Shown piece by piece: positions 1-10,986 of a DNA stretch of 64,000 bases. The notes beneath the pieces were generated by a model. It did not search any database. It was given only the letters and a program-made list of their open reading frames with translations, and was not told where the DNA came from. Both the position numbers and the translations under genes were made by a program. Every line of letters starts with the position of its first letter. The first letter of the stretch is position 1. Source of the DNA: Clostridia bacterium (GTDB taxonomy: Bacteria > Bacillota > Clostridia > TANB77 > UBA1234); NCBI GenBank assembly GCA_017462965.1, contig JAFTQC010000069.1, positions 4,277 through 68,276 on the forward strand, given 5' to 3'.

Positions 1-3
1 TCA

Positions 4-3000
4 GTGAAATCACTAAATAAATTTTACTGGCCAGGATTCATGCTAACGAAAGCTGAAGTTGTAGATATGGACAATCAGGATGACATGATTTGGGAAAAAG
101 AATATGATGATAGCACAACGACGGTGTATACCAATAATAAATTGGGTGATAGGATTACAATAGAGGAGAAAGTATATAGTTATTATGTTCCGACTGAAAC
201 ATCAGGATACGCGAAAGATAAGCAATTTTGGTTTATATATAATACGCCTCAAATTAAAATAGAGCATAAGTATCATCAGGATAATGGTGGTGGATATGTA
301 TTAGATATAAATGGAAATCCAATTGAAGGTACGGAACAAATATTACATCAGTGGGCAAAGATAGAATCATTACAAACAGATAATATTGGATTACCACATT
401 CAATAACTATTGGAGATAAAACATTTTTATATGAATGTCCAACATTAGATTTAGTACAATTAGAAATTTATGAAGTTTCCGGTACAGGAAAAGAAACATA
501 TAAGGGAACTTTGTATAATGATGAGAAATATAAACCGAGTAGTAAAGGAAAGAAATTATCAGGATATACAGGAATTTTCGAAGATTATTACATGGATACA
601 TATAGTAATTTAAAGGCGCAATTCCAAGACAATGATTTGTTTAATACAAATAAAAACTGGAAGATTGTATTTAAATATGTATCTGTTGAAAGAGTGTACA
701 TAAGATTTTATGATTTGAAGGGAAATATCATATTTACTAAAGATGAAAATGGTAGATATATTTCTCAAATTACTGATTTAATAGATAAGGTAGATGGCTA
801 TACTCACACAATAACTGATTTGGGTGAATTCACGCCATATGGATATACGATTGAAAAAGAAGCGTATAACAAGAATTTAGATGAAGCGACATTGATTACA
901 GGAACTACAGGAAATTATAATCCTGGAACAATATTTGCTCCACCAAGAGATGGAGATAGATATATTATAATTTTCTATTCAACAGAAGATACGTTGAGAG
1001 TAAATTATAGAGACATGGATAACAATCCACTTCCTGTTCCACCAAACTATAAGAGTGAATTTACAACGGAAATACCAGATACAGGTGCATTTGTTGATGT
1101 GCCAGAAGTACCGGGATATAAAATTGTAGAATATAGGGTAAATCCAAACTACGATGGAACATCAAATGATATACCAGGTCCAGGAATACAAATTCCAGGT
1201 ACGCCAACTGAGATAAGTGTGCCAAGTTCAGGAACAAATCAGTTTGTAATTGTGTATTACGAAAAGATTGAGGCTCCAACAAAATTGATTGTTGAATACA
1301 GAAAAGGTTCGCCAAGTGGAGATCCCCTAAAAGATCCTGTAACAATTCCTTTGGTGACAGGTGTTGAAACTCCTGTATCAGTACCTACAATTCCCGGATA
1401 TAAACCTGAATATCATGTAAAAAATGATGACCCAACGCAAAATCCACCATATGATATAGTTGTTGTTGGCGATCCAGAAACGGGAGATCAAAAAGTAATA
1501 ATTGTTTATGATGAAGGGGATATACCAACTCCAGATATTGAAGAAGTGGTGCCAGGTGTAATAACACCAGAGGACAACGAACAATTTGTGGAATTACAAG
1601 CAAATACAACGACTGAAAATGAATATGATGTCAAATCATCTATTCCAACGTCAGAAGATTTGTATGTTTCGGGAGATGTTTATAGCTATAAATTTATTGA
1701 AGACATTGAAGAAATTGCAGAGTCACAAACGATTCAAGTAAAAGTTGTACAAGAATATTATAAATCGTTTGTGGAGGGAAAAGTAAATCCAACTGCTAGT
1801 GTATCGACAGGACCATTCCCTGTAACATTAGATTATTCATACTATCAAGTAAATAAAGCAGAGCTATATGACCTAAAGAGTTTGGAATTAGAAAATGGAG
1901 CAATAAAATATTACAAAAATTATGATCCAACTACAGGAACATATACAGAATACATGGAAGACAAAGCAATTCTTGATGTAACAAAAGAAATTCCAACAAT
2001 AGTGTATAATAAACCAGCACAAGTTATGGAAATTACATTGGGACTAACATCTCTTGGAAGACTTACTAAAGAAGGAGATACATATGTAATAACGTTAAAC
2101 GATATTGCATACGTAAGACCAACAGATTTAGGTGATAAATATAATGAGAATAATTTGTCTGAAGTGCTTGGAGTTTTTGGAGAACTTACAAAAATTAATT
2201 TGCAGGAATTAAAAATTACAATGCCAGGTGCGGAAGAAGTTGTAATCTTAACAGGAAATTCTTATCAGTTAAATCAAAAGACAGAAGCATTAAAGGAAGG
2301 CGTTAACTATTTACCATATGCACCAGGAAGAGCGCCATTGTACAGCTTCTTAGAAGATAAAGGTTTGTATGTAAAAGAAGCTGCAGTAAATCAAACATAT
2401 CAAACAAAAATGACAGGTGTGTATAAGATGATACAAGCGGTTGTAAGTGAAGCTATTGCATCATATGATCCAGCAACAGTAGAGCATGCAAGAGACCCAA
2501 TCGCTGTAAATCCTTTATCAATTCATACACCAATTATTAATAAAACAGAATTAAAGGTTTCAGATGAACATAAGAAAACAATTCAATTAAAAAGTGAAGT
2601 TACAACTGGAAGTGCAGAAAAATTGACACTTGAAGAGTCGTTCACAATAGAAATACTAAATAACGGAGGACATAAAGCAGATACAGGATATGGAACAAAA
2701 GACTACAACCACAATGGTTTGCTTGCAAATGACACGAATAAATTAATAAAAGATAAATCAGATGCATTGAACAATAAAGTAATAACAAAAGAAATGTATG
2801 CGGCAGAAACAGAAGAAAAATCAATCGGACCAGCGTTTGCAGAATATAAACTCATTAAGTTCCCATATGATGTATACTTAGTAAGTGGCGATAATGGTAC
2901 AAACAAAAATGTAGCACCAAAAGATGGTTCAACATTATTAAAAGCAAATGAATGGTATAACTTGTATGAATACCTAGCACCAAGCGTTACAAAATATACA

Positions 3001-4164
3001 TTTGTAATTCCAGTATGGGTAAAAGATGCACATAAATATGAGGGAACAAATGGAATTCACGTATTAATAGTAGCAGAAAACTGCGATGCGGCAACATTAA
3101 ATGCAGCAAAGGCAAATCCACTAAGCGTTACAGCTACGGGTAATTCAAACACAAATAGAAATGACTATATTTTAAGATGGTCTAAGGATACATATGTATC
3201 GGGAAGAGTGTATGATTTACAGATAAGAGATACGGATGATCCGGGATTTATGGGCAAAGTTAGTCCTGCACTAAGTGGAGATCCATCAACAACAACGCAC
3301 AAAGAAATGCCAATAGCTCAAAAAGAACAAGTAAAAGCATATAACCTAGGAATGAAGCTAGGATATAGATTCTACTTCGACCTTAAGACAAAAGGAATAT
3401 CAAACAAAACAGTAAACATACATCCAACAATATATTATGTATCGCCAGATGGAACACCAGACTCAAAGGTAACATTGTTCTATCATTCAAAAGGAAGCTT
3501 ATATAATAAGCTAACAACAAGCGACTTAAACATAAAGATGACAATGGCTGGAACACATGGACTTGTAAATAATGCGGGCTACACGTTGGAAACAGTAGCT
3601 GCAAAACAATTAGTGCCATCAAGAGTCTTCACAAATGTGGTAACAATAGGAAAAATAGTAGAAGGCTTGTCTCTAAAAAGAGATACAGAAAAACTACCAT
3701 TCGACAATATTCTACAAGCAGCAAAAGCATATGGCTTCGGCGAAGATACAACTAAATTTACAACATCAGCACTAACAAGCGAAAGTATAGCAAGTGAGAA
3801 CGACATAAAGAATGCAACAGGACACTGGTATGGAGAATTCTACTTGCCAGCAAGCACAATAGTAGTACCAGGACAAAATGTAGATAGACAAAAAGTAATA
3901 AGTGGAGCAGTAAAACCACTTACAACGGGATATTTAGTAGTTGTGTTTGACGAAATAACGACAGTAGAAGATGATCCAGAAGCAAGCTACTTGACATATT
4001 CAGCGCCAGCAGAAACACAATGGCAAAAAGAAGGTGTAGAAACAACATTAACATTGCCAAACAATGAACAAATAACAATACCAGTTTTAAATGGTGCAGC
4101 AATGGCAATCTACCAAGTAGGATTAAGAGCAAATAACGACTACGAAACAGAAGGAACACACTAA
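4..4164 (+). CDS. large Thr/Tyr/Asn/Gly-rich extracellular protein, C-terminal 1386 aa (5' end lies outside the window)
   Basis: Single uninterrupted ORF from the window edge. No catalytic motif, LPXTG or SLH recognised. Followed by hairpin plus T-run at 4180-4212. Confidence 0.5.
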   Translation: MKSLNKFYWPGFMLTKAEVVDMDNQDDMIWEKEYDDSTTTVYTNNKLGDRITIEEKVYSYYVPTETSGYAKDKQFWFIYNTPQIKIEHKYHQDNGGGYVLDINGNPIEGTEQILHQWAKIESLQTDNIGLPHSITIGDKTFLYECPTLDLVQLEIYEVSGTGKETYKGTLYNDEKYKPSSKGKKLSGYTGIFEDYYMDTYSNLKAQFQDNDLFNTNKNWKIVFKYVSVERVYIRFYDLKGNIIFTKDENGRYISQITDLIDKVDGYTHTITDLGEFTPYGYTIEKEAYNKNLDEATLITGTTGNYNPGTIFAPPRDGDRYIIIFYSTEDTLRVNYRDMDNNPLPVPPNYKSEFTTEIPDTGAFVDVPEVPGYKIVEYRVNPNYDGTSNDIPGPGIQIPGTPTEISVPSSGTNQFVIVYYEKIEAPTKLIVEYRKGSPSGDPLKDPVTIPLVTGVETPVSVPTIPGYKPEYHVKNDDPTQNPPYDIVVVGDPETGDQKVIIVYDEGDIPTPDIEEVVPGVITPEDNEQFVELQANTTTENEYDVKSSIPTSEDLYVSGDVYSYKFIEDIEEIAESQTIQVKVVQEYYKSFVEGKVNPTASVSTGPFPVTLDYSYYQVNKAELYDLKSLELENGAIKYYKNYDPTTGTYTEYMEDKAILDVTKEIPTIVYNKPAQVMEITLGLTSLGRLTKEGDTYVITLNDIAYVRPTDLGDKYNENNLSEVLGVFGELTKINLQELKITMPGAEEVVILTGNSYQLNQKTEALKEGVNYLPYAPGRAPLYSFLEDKGLYVKEAAVNQTYQTKMTGVYKMIQAVVSEAIASYDPATVEHARDPIAVNPLSIHTPIINKTELKVSDEHKKTIQLKSEVTTGSAEKLTLEESFTIEILNNGGHKADTGYGTKDYNHNGLLANDTNKLIKDKSDALNNKVITKEMYAAETEEKSIGPAFAEYKLIKFPYDVYLVSGDNGTNKNVAPKDGSTLLKANEWYNLYEYLAPSVTKYTFVIPVWVKDAHKYEGTNGIHVLIVAENCDAATLNAAKANPLSVTATGNSNTNRNDYILRWSKDTYVSGRVYDLQIRDTDDPGFMGKVSPALSGDPSTTTHKEMPIAQKEQVKAYNLGMKLGYRFYFDLKTKGISNKTVNIHPTIYYVSPDGTPDSKVTLFYHSKGSLYNKLTTSDLNIKMTMAGTHGLVNNAGYTLETVAAKQLVPSRVFTNVVTIGKIVEGLSLKRDTEKLPFDNILQAAKAYGFGEDTTKFTTSALTSESIASENDIKNATGHWYGEFYLPASTIVVPGQNVDRQKVISGAVKPLTTGYLVVVFDEITTVEDDPEASYLTYSAPAETQWQKEGVETTLTLPNNEQITIPVLNGAAMAIYQVGLRANNDYETEGTH

Positions 4165-4179
4165 AATAAAAATCGATAT

Positions 4180-4243
4180 GGACAAGGGGACGGTTCTCTT
4201 GTCCATTTTTTTTCGTCCACGAGGGACGTCCGTTAAATGGACG
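4180..4243. repeat. GGGACGG-core palindromic elements: B-module hairpin ggacaaggggacggttctcttgtcc plus T-run (terminator of upstream ORF), then D-module cgtccacgagggacgtccgttaaatggacg
   Basis: Perfect inverted repeats read directly. The D-module recurs as an inverse copy at 46649-46680 with 1 mismatch. Confidence 0.85.
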
Positions 4244-4370
4244 ATTTTATGTAATCAAAAAATAAATCAGAGTTTCTAGCAGGATTTTTAAAAGTTTTGT
4301 AGTAATTATAAATTTAGTTGGGTAAAATATCCAACATTCATTACTAGAAATAGAAAGGACGTGCGTTTTA

Positions 4371-4670
4371 ATGCAAATCACAGACGTAAAAGTAAGAAGA
4401 GTAGAATCTGAGAACAGAATGAAGGCTATAGCAAACGTAACATTTGATAATGCTTTCGCAGTACATGATATCAAAGTTATCGAGCCAGCTACAGCGGAGA
4501 AACCATTCATTGCTATGCCAAGCAAAAAAACTCCTAAGGGAGACTGGAGAGACATAGCACATCCAATTAATTCTGAGACAAGAGCTATGATTGAAAATGC
4601 TATCCTAGAGGAGTACTATAAATTACCTAACGAATCTAGCGAAACATCTGAAGGGGCAGTTGAAGAATAA
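4371..4670 (+). CDS. spoVG: septation protein SpoVG
   Basis: 99 aa. [60 protein letters not shown] is the conserved SpoVG N-terminal domain. Own terminator at 4692-4727. Confidence 0.9.
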   Translation: MQITDVKVRRVESENRMKAIANVTFDNAFAVHDIKVIEPATAEKPFIAMPSKKTPKGDWRDIAHPINSETRAMIENAILEEYYKLPNESSETSEGAVEE

Positions 4671-4691
4671 TAGATTATTTTGAAATGCTTG

Positions 4692-4727
4692 AGGTCACAT
4701 CTTTTATGGTGTGACCTTTTCTTTTTT
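4692..4727 (+). terminator. rho-independent terminator of spoVG
   Basis: aggtcacatcttttatggtgtgacct hairpin followed by ttttcttttttg. Confidence 0.8.
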
Positions 4728-4788
4728 GCACTTGGATATGTTTATTAAAAGTGATAATATTATAGATAAAGAAGATGAATTTAGAAAT

Positions 4789-4856
4789 GGTCATCAAGAG
4801 GGACAGCCCTTTTTGATGAATTTCTTTCTCAAAAAGGGCTGTCCCTCTTGATGACC
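4789..4856. repeat. A-module palindromic element (ggtcatcaagagggacagccctttttga / tcaaaaagggctgtccctcttgatgacc)
   Basis: 28-bp arms that are exact reverse complements around a 12-nt loop. Confidence 0.9.
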
Positions 4857-4902
4857 TCTTGCTGAGTTCACTCTTAAGTGCAAAAAGAGGAGATAAGAGA
4901 GC

Positions 4903-6207
4903 ATGAATGAAAGAAAAAAGAGTATTGCTGATTCGCTAAAACCCACGTCAGAGAATGTTGTTAGCCATTTTTTGATACATACTATGAATGAAATTTTGTT
5001 TGGGAAGGATTATCCCAATTTTAGATTTGATTTTAGAGATAAGGAAGCAATTAAATATATAAGCGAATTTTACCAAAATTATCCTAATGGTGAGGAATAT
5101 TATGGTGATAGATTTGCTAAAATATTGAATATGTTAACCAGTCAAGAAGATGCAATAAATAATACTATACCTGTAATGGTTGTAAATGATTATAAAAGTT
5201 TTTTTGAAAGTTTGAGACAATATTATGCTGAAATCATTGATTTATACTGGAAAAGAACGACTTATACGAGTTTTCCTGTTTACGAAATGGAAAATTGCTT
5301 TACAGATATTTGGCTTAGAGCGACGCCGGATGATTTTAATAATCCAGAGAAATTCTTGGAAAAGCAAGTTATGCTTGCAAAAGATAAAACTTTGGAGAAG
5401 TATGATGAGGAAGTTTCTTTTGGAAGAATCTCGGAGTTTGGAGATAACGTTTTATGTGTGAAAAATGGTTATGCGAGAACGTGGGATGAGGCACTTAGAG
5501 AGTTTCAAATAACAATTTATGATAAGGAACATTATGGTAATGAGAAGTTATTCTATAAGCCTCAATACACGTTGCCTGTTATAAGATATGGAGTCTATGA
5601 AAATAACGGGAAAAAAGTTTGTTATATTGGTTCAATTCAAGATAATTCTCATTTGCACAGTGGTGGCTTAAATGATGCGTTAAAAAAGAAAGTTGACCGT
5701 AGCAAATATAAAGTAAATCAAGATGTTGATGCTGAAGAGATTCAAGGGATTGAGCCGAAGCAAGTCATTGCTTTAAGTATTTTTTTCAATCTTTTAAGCA
5801 GAGAGGGGATAACGGAATATGAAATTCCTTCATTGCCAGTTCTTGATTATGATTATCATATAAAAAGAAATGAAAAGCTTTTAAGAGATTTTAACAAACG
5901 CTGGGATGCTGAAATGATTGAAGCTTTTCCGGGCGGTTATGAAAGAGATAAGTCATATTTAGAACGTAATTATGGTAAAGAGGATTTAGTAAGCAAAATA
6001 AAAACAGAACGTTTAATGAAAACGATGGTTAGAATGTTGCAACATTTTCCAAAAGGCCTAGTGACGGGGTATCCAGGGGATGCTGATAGCATGATGCATT
6101 TACATATACCAAAAATAAAAAATAAAGATGACATAAATGGGGAATTATTGCAAAAACTATATCAAGTTACGAGTAGCAAGCGTGAAGTTGGTGATGTAGA
6201 GTTCTAG
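4903..6207 (+). CDS. hypothetical protein (434 aa)
   Basis: Long ORF with AT-rich codon usage typical of the host. No recognisable motif. Lies between spoVG and uvrC. Confidence 0.5.
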   Translation: MNERKKSIADSLKPTSENVVSHFLIHTMNEILFGKDYPNFRFDFRDKEAIKYISEFYQNYPNGEEYYGDRFAKILNMLTSQEDAINNTIPVMVVNDYKSFFESLRQYYAEIIDLYWKRTTYTSFPVYEMENCFTDIWLRATPDDFNNPEKFLEKQVMLAKDKTLEKYDEEVSFGRISEFGDNVLCVKNGYARTWDEALREFQITIYDKEHYGNEKLFYKPQYTLPVIRYGVYENNGKKVCYIGSIQDNSHLHSGGLNDALKKKVDRSKYKVNQDVDAEEIQGIEPKQVIALSIFFNLLSREGITEYEIPSLPVLDYDYHIKRNEKLLRDFNKRWDAEMIEAFPGGYERDKSYLERNYGKEDLVSKIKTERLMKTMVRMLQHFPKGLVTGYPGDADSMMHLHIPKIKNKDDINGELLQKLYQVTSSKREVGDVEF

Positions 6208-6222
6208 AGAGAAGGGGATTTT

Positions 6223-8031
6223 ATGTTTGATATAAAAGAAGAGCTTAAGAAACTTCCTGAAAAACCAGGAGTATACATAATGAAAGATAAAGACGACAAT
6301 ATTTTATATGTTGGTAAAGCGGTTGTTCTAAAAAATAGGGTTCGTCAATATTTTCAGAAAACTAATAAAAGTGCTCGTATAGAAAAAATGGTTTCTTTGA
6401 TTGATCATTTTGAATATCTTGTGGTCGATTCTGAAATGGAGGCTCTAATTTTAGAATGTAATTTAATAAAACTTCATAGGCCGAAATATAACGTTTTGCT
6501 TAAAGATGATAAAATGTATCCATATATTAAATTGACGTTAAATGAAGATTTCCCAACACTTAGAGTAACTCGTAAAAAGTTCAATGATGGTGCTAAATAT
6601 TATGGACCTTATACGAATGCGCTTGCGGTTAAAGATACGGTCGATTTTTTAAATCAAACGTTTAAATTAAAACATTGTAGAAAAATTTTTAAGGCCGACA
6701 AGATTGAAACGCCGTGCCTTAATTATCACATTAAGCGATGCTTGGGGATTTGTGCGGGATATGTTTCTAAAGAAGAATACGCGCAGACAATTAAGCAAGT
6801 TATGATGTTTTTGGATGGAAAGGTAAATGATGTTTTAAAAGTTTTGAAAGCGGATATTGAAACAGCTGCTAAAGAAATGAATTACGAAAAAGCAGCTTTA
6901 CTTCGTGATAAAATGTATAGCATTGAAGCGCTTTCAGAAAGACAAAAAATCGATAGTTATAATGAACATGACATAGATGTCATAGGTGTTGTAAAAACGC
7001 TAAATAAGGCTTCTTTGGAGCTATTTAGAATAAGATATGGAAAGATGATTGCTGGAGAAAATTTTATTTTTGACGATGTCGAAGATATTTCGGAAGCAAC
7101 AATAGTTTCAGATTTCATGAAACAATTTTATAATGAAGAAAATGTTCCAAGCAAAGTTATTTTTAGATATGAAATTGAAGATATGGAACTTATGAAGCAA
7201 AGATTAACTATGCTAAACAATGGAAAAACAGTGGAATTTAAACTTCCTGTCAGAGGAGAAAAAGTTCGCTTTGTAGAAATGGCAGAAAAAAATGCGCTTA
7301 TATCGTTGCAAAACAAAACAGATGTAATACAAAACAAAAATATAATTACAAAACTTAAAGAGTTATTGCATTTAGAAACTTTGCCGCTTCGTATTGAAAG
7401 TTACGATATTTCAAATATTTCAGGAACAGATACAGTTGCTGGAATTGTAGTTTTTGAAAATGGTAAGCCAAAGAAAAGTGACTATAGAAGACTTAAAATA
7501 AAAACAGTTGTTGGTCAAAATGATATCATGTGCATGAAAGAGGCATTAGAACGCCGACTTAAGTATTGTATAGGAGAGCATGAGAAAAATCCATTTGGAA
7601 AAACTCCTGACTTAATACTAATGGACGGAGGAATTACACAAGTTAGAATAGCTAAAGAGGTTTTGTTCAATTTAAATTTAAATATTCCTGTTTATGGACT
7701 TGTAAAAAATGATAAGCATAGAACACGTGGAATAATTGATTCTGACGGAAACGAGTTTGTAATTAAAGATAATGAAATTATAAATTTCGTAACATTTATT
7801 CAAGATGAAGTTCACAAAACAGCAATCGAATACCACAGAAAATTAAGGGAGAAAAAAGTAAGTAAATCATTACTTGATGAAATAGAAGGTATTGGAGAAA
7901 AGAGAAAGGCTGCGCTATTAAAACATTTTAAATCAATCAAAAAAATTTCAAATGCAACCATCGACGAACTTCTTACAGTAGAAGGCATCGATGAAAAAGT
8001 TGCCAACACAATTTTTAATGCATTTCATTGA
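6223..8031 (+). CDS. uvrC: excinuclease ABC subunit C
   Basis: 602 aa. N-terminal GIY-YIG motif (PGVYIMKDKDDNILYVGKA..LKNRVRQYF). Length and C-terminal HhH-like region fit UvrC. Confidence 0.9.
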   Translation: MFDIKEELKKLPEKPGVYIMKDKDDNILYVGKAVVLKNRVRQYFQKTNKSARIEKMVSLIDHFEYLVVDSEMEALILECNLIKLHRPKYNVLLKDDKMYPYIKLTLNEDFPTLRVTRKKFNDGAKYYGPYTNALAVKDTVDFLNQTFKLKHCRKIFKADKIETPCLNYHIKRCLGICAGYVSKEEYAQTIKQVMMFLDGKVNDVLKVLKADIETAAKEMNYEKAALLRDKMYSIEALSERQKIDSYNEHDIDVIGVVKTLNKASLELFRIRYGKMIAGENFIFDDVEDISEATIVSDFMKQFYNEENVPSKVIFRYEIEDMELMKQRLTMLNNGKTVEFKLPVRGEKVRFVEMAEKNALISLQNKTDVIQNKNIITKLKELLHLETLPLRIESYDISNISGTDTVAGIVVFENGKPKKSDYRRLKIKTVVGQNDIMCMKEALERRLKYCIGEHEKNPFGKTPDLILMDGGITQVRIAKEVLFNLNLNIPVYGLVKNDKHRTRGIIDSDGNEFVIKDNEIINFVTFIQDEVHKTAIEYHRKLREKKVSKSLLDEIEGIGEKRKAALLKHFKSIKKISNATIDELLTVEGIDEKVANTIFNAFH

Positions 8032-8104
8032 CACTAAAATAGTAAAAATTTATAATTAAAAGAGAAGACGAGAAAAAAATACAAATGATAGGAGTTGGAT
8101 TATA

Positions 8105-9670
8105 TTGGCTTATACAGGTGGTTCAAGACAAGAACAAATTAAGTTCCCAGCTATATTAACAAATGAACGTTTAGAGGCGATATATGTAGGCCTTTTGCTT
8201 TTAAATCCTAAAGGTATTGGTATGTTTTATCTGGAAGTAGAAGAATGTCAATTTTCAGTGCCTTGGATGCTTGATATATATAAATTAGTTTTGTTCCGTG
8301 AAGGACAGTCGTATGCTTCAGAGGCGGCGAAGAGAGGATTCTCTTTCCCTAAAATTACGGAGAAAACAGAAACATATATGGAGACTTGTAAAAAGTATGC
8401 CGTAGAATCTGGCTATACGATGGAGAATGCATATTATGAGATAAGAAAACTTTTCCTTCTAAAGATGAGTTATGCAAATGCTCCAACTAAGACAATTCAA
8501 AACAAAGTTGTTGATATTAAACGATATACAAGATATAACGAAATGGGTATTGATGAAATTATAAATTCATTGAACCAAATAAGTTTTACGAGTAGTATTC
8601 GTGAGTCGATTTTGAATGAAGATATTACACAGTTCTTAATAGAAGGTAACAATAACCTAAAAACAGGTTTGCCAACACCGTTCCCAGCGATGACAAGAAC
8701 TTTCAAAGGTTTTAGAAAAGGCGAAACAATGTCTTTTGCTATGCCATCTAATGCTGGTAAGAGTAGGTTTATCACGAATATAATTTCATATCTTGCATAT
8801 GTTCTAAAGAAAAAAGTTTTGCTTATCTCAAACGAGATGACTGAAGATAAAATGAAACTTTGTTTAATTACAACTATTGTAAATGTTTCGTTTATAAAGC
8901 CACTTCATGGACAAACAGATTTGCATAAAAGAGAGGCTGAACTTTTAGGTCTTAAATTTAGACCTGATGAAGGAGTAGAAGCTAATCTAGATGATGATGG
9001 ATTTATTTTGAAAAATGAAGATGAATCTGATGAAGATTTTATAAAAAGACTTCAGCAAATATCATCTGAGTTTAATAAAACTTGTGCTGCTACAGACTGG
9101 CTTGCTTCGCAAAAGGATTCAGGAATTTACTTTGTACATACGTCAGACCATACAAATGATGAACTTAGAAATATTATAATGGATTATTATTACAAAGAAG
9201 GAATCGAGTATGTATTTTATGATACTTTGAAAACAGATATTGAACATATTGGTAATGGCGATGAAATTAAGAAAACGGCTACAATATTGTCAACACTTGC
9301 ACAAAGCTTCAATATGTTTATTGGATCGACGTTGCAGCTTTTGGATAATTCAACACCACCACTAAATATGAGTATAAACGATATTCAAAGTAGTAGAACT
9401 GTTAAAGAGGTTCTAGATAATCTTTGTTTAATAAAACAAATTAACAACACGACATATCATGAATATGAATATGCTGAAGAGGAAGAATCTACGAATTACC
9501 GTGATTTAGAGCCACCAGAGACTTTAAATACAAGGTATTATGCATGTGTAGTTGATAAAAACAGAGCAGGTGCAAAACCTAAGTTATTATTTAAGCTTGA
9601 TTTGGACTACAATACATGGGAAGAGAAAGGATACGTAAGATTAAAACAAGAAAATATGCCTGCACAGTAA
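8105..9670 (+). CDS. DnaB-C-like RecA-fold P-loop ATPase domain protein (apparent TTG start)
   Basis: Central FRKGETMSFAMPSNAGKSRFITNIISYLA...KVLLISNEMTEDKM resembles the Walker A region of DnaB helicase C-terminal domains. N- and C-terminal parts are unassigned. Confidence 0.4.
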   Translation: MAYTGGSRQEQIKFPAILTNERLEAIYVGLLLLNPKGIGMFYLEVEECQFSVPWMLDIYKLVLFREGQSYASEAAKRGFSFPKITEKTETYMETCKKYAVESGYTMENAYYEIRKLFLLKMSYANAPTKTIQNKVVDIKRYTRYNEMGIDEIINSLNQISFTSSIRESILNEDITQFLIEGNNNLKTGLPTPFPAMTRTFKGFRKGETMSFAMPSNAGKSRFITNIISYLAYVLKKKVLLISNEMTEDKMKLCLITTIVNVSFIKPLHGQTDLHKREAELLGLKFRPDEGVEANLDDDGFILKNEDESDEDFIKRLQQISSEFNKTCAATDWLASQKDSGIYFVHTSDHTNDELRNIIMDYYYKEGIEYVFYDTLKTDIEHIGNGDEIKKTATILSTLAQSFNMFIGSTLQLLDNSTPPLNMSINDIQSSRTVKEVLDNLCLIKQINNTTYHEYEYAEEEESTNYRDLEPPETLNTRYYACVVDKNRAGAKPKLLFKLDLDYNTWEEKGYVRLKQENMPAQ

Positions 9671-9686
9671 TTTAAGGAGGAAGTAT

Positions 9687-10970
9687 ATGAAAAAATTATT
9701 TATAATGCTAACAATAAGCTTAATTATGACTATTGGGCTTGGAACAGTTAGTTTTGCAAAAGAAACTAAGCCAATTGAACTTATTGAGGTTTCTGGATTG
9801 GATACTCCATATTCAAAAGGTGAGATATTAGATACAACTGTTAATTTGACAAGAAGTTCATATTCATATTTTGAGGAGCTTAGTTGGTCAAAGACGGCTG
9901 AAGGTCTTCATAAGGTTGAAATAAGATTAAGAGCGCATTATCATGATTATCATTATGATGAAAATACGAAAGCAACTTTAAATGGTAATCCAGTGCATGA
10001 AATAAAAGTAGATGAAGATAATAAATATTATGTTACATTAACATATGTATTTCCAGAAGAAGAGGTTAATGCCAATTTATCTACTTCATCAACTTTGCTT
10101 CACACAATTACTGTAATGTATATGAAAAATGGAAGAATTTCTCCAAATCCAATAAGAGCTCCACATCGTAAAAACTTTACAGTTCAAATTATTCCTGACG
10201 AAGGATATGAAGTAAAGGATGTTGTTGTAGATGGCGAATCTGTTGGTGCTGTTACAGAATACACATTTAGAAGAGTTGAAACTACGCATAAAATAAAAGC
10301 GTATTTTAAGCCAATTGAGGGATATGTTCCATCGGAAGATGAAGAGGATGTTGAATCTGGAGATGCAGAAGTAGTAGAGCCAGACACAAAAGTGTTTGAA
10401 TTTGATGATGTAAAAGAAAATGACTGGTATTATGATGAAGTTCAATATGTATGCAATGCCGGAATATTTAACGGAACTTCAGAAACAACATTTGGACCAG
10501 AAGAAACTGCTACAAGAGAGCAATTAGTTACAGTATTATATAGATATGCAAAATCTAAGAATGTAGATGTAAGCGTAGGAGAAAATACAAATATTTTATC
10601 TTATGATGATGCATTTGATATTTCTGAATATGCAGTAGAAGCATTCCAATGGGCATGTGGAGCAGGAATTATAAATGGAACAACTGCTTCAACACTTGCG
10701 CCAAAAGAACTTGTTACAAGAGAGCAATTAGTTACAATACTATATAGATATGCTAAAAATGTAGGTGTAGACGTAAGCGTAGGAGAAGATACAAACATTT
10801 TATCTTATGATGATGCACTTAACGTTTCAGAATATGCAGTGGAAGCATTTCAGTGGGCATGCGGAAGTAAAGTAATAACAGGAAAAACTGCTTCAACACT
10901 TGCTCCACAGGAATTTGTAACAAGAGCAGAATACGCTACTATCGTTATGAGATTTGACGAGGCTAAATAG
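9687..10970 (+). CDS. S-layer homology (SLH) domain surface protein
   Basis: N-terminal signal peptide. Three C-terminal SLH repeats (DV..WYYDEVQYVCNAGI.NGT...F.P.E..TREQLVT.LYRYAK). Confidence 0.75.
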   Translation: MKKLFIMLTISLIMTIGLGTVSFAKETKPIELIEVSGLDTPYSKGEILDTTVNLTRSSYSYFEELSWSKTAEGLHKVEIRLRAHYHDYHYDENTKATLNGNPVHEIKVDEDNKYYVTLTYVFPEEEVNANLSTSSTLLHTITVMYMKNGRISPNPIRAPHRKNFTVQIIPDEGYEVKDVVVDGESVGAVTEYTFRRVETTHKIKAYFKPIEGYVPSEDEEDVESGDAEVVEPDTKVFEFDDVKENDWYYDEVQYVCNAGIFNGTSETTFGPEETATREQLVTVLYRYAKSKNVDVSVGENTNILSYDDAFDISEYAVEAFQWACGAGIINGTTASTLAPKELVTREQLVTILYRYAKNVGVDVSVGEDTNILSYDDALNVSEYAVEAFQWACGSKVITGKTASTLAPQEFVTRAEYATIVMRFDEAK

Positions 10971-10986
10971 TATATATTGATAAAAA

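Noticed and set aside
407-4159. About ten short minus-strand ORFs inside the giant + strand ORF
   Set aside because: Typical spurious antisense frames of AT-rich coding DNA.
4270-4370. Sigma-H-type promoter upstream of spoVG (AGGATTT ... gtagtAATT)
   Set aside because: The -35-like AGGATTT is present but the -10 does not match GAAT cleanly. It is mentioned only as a possibility and not listed as a feature.
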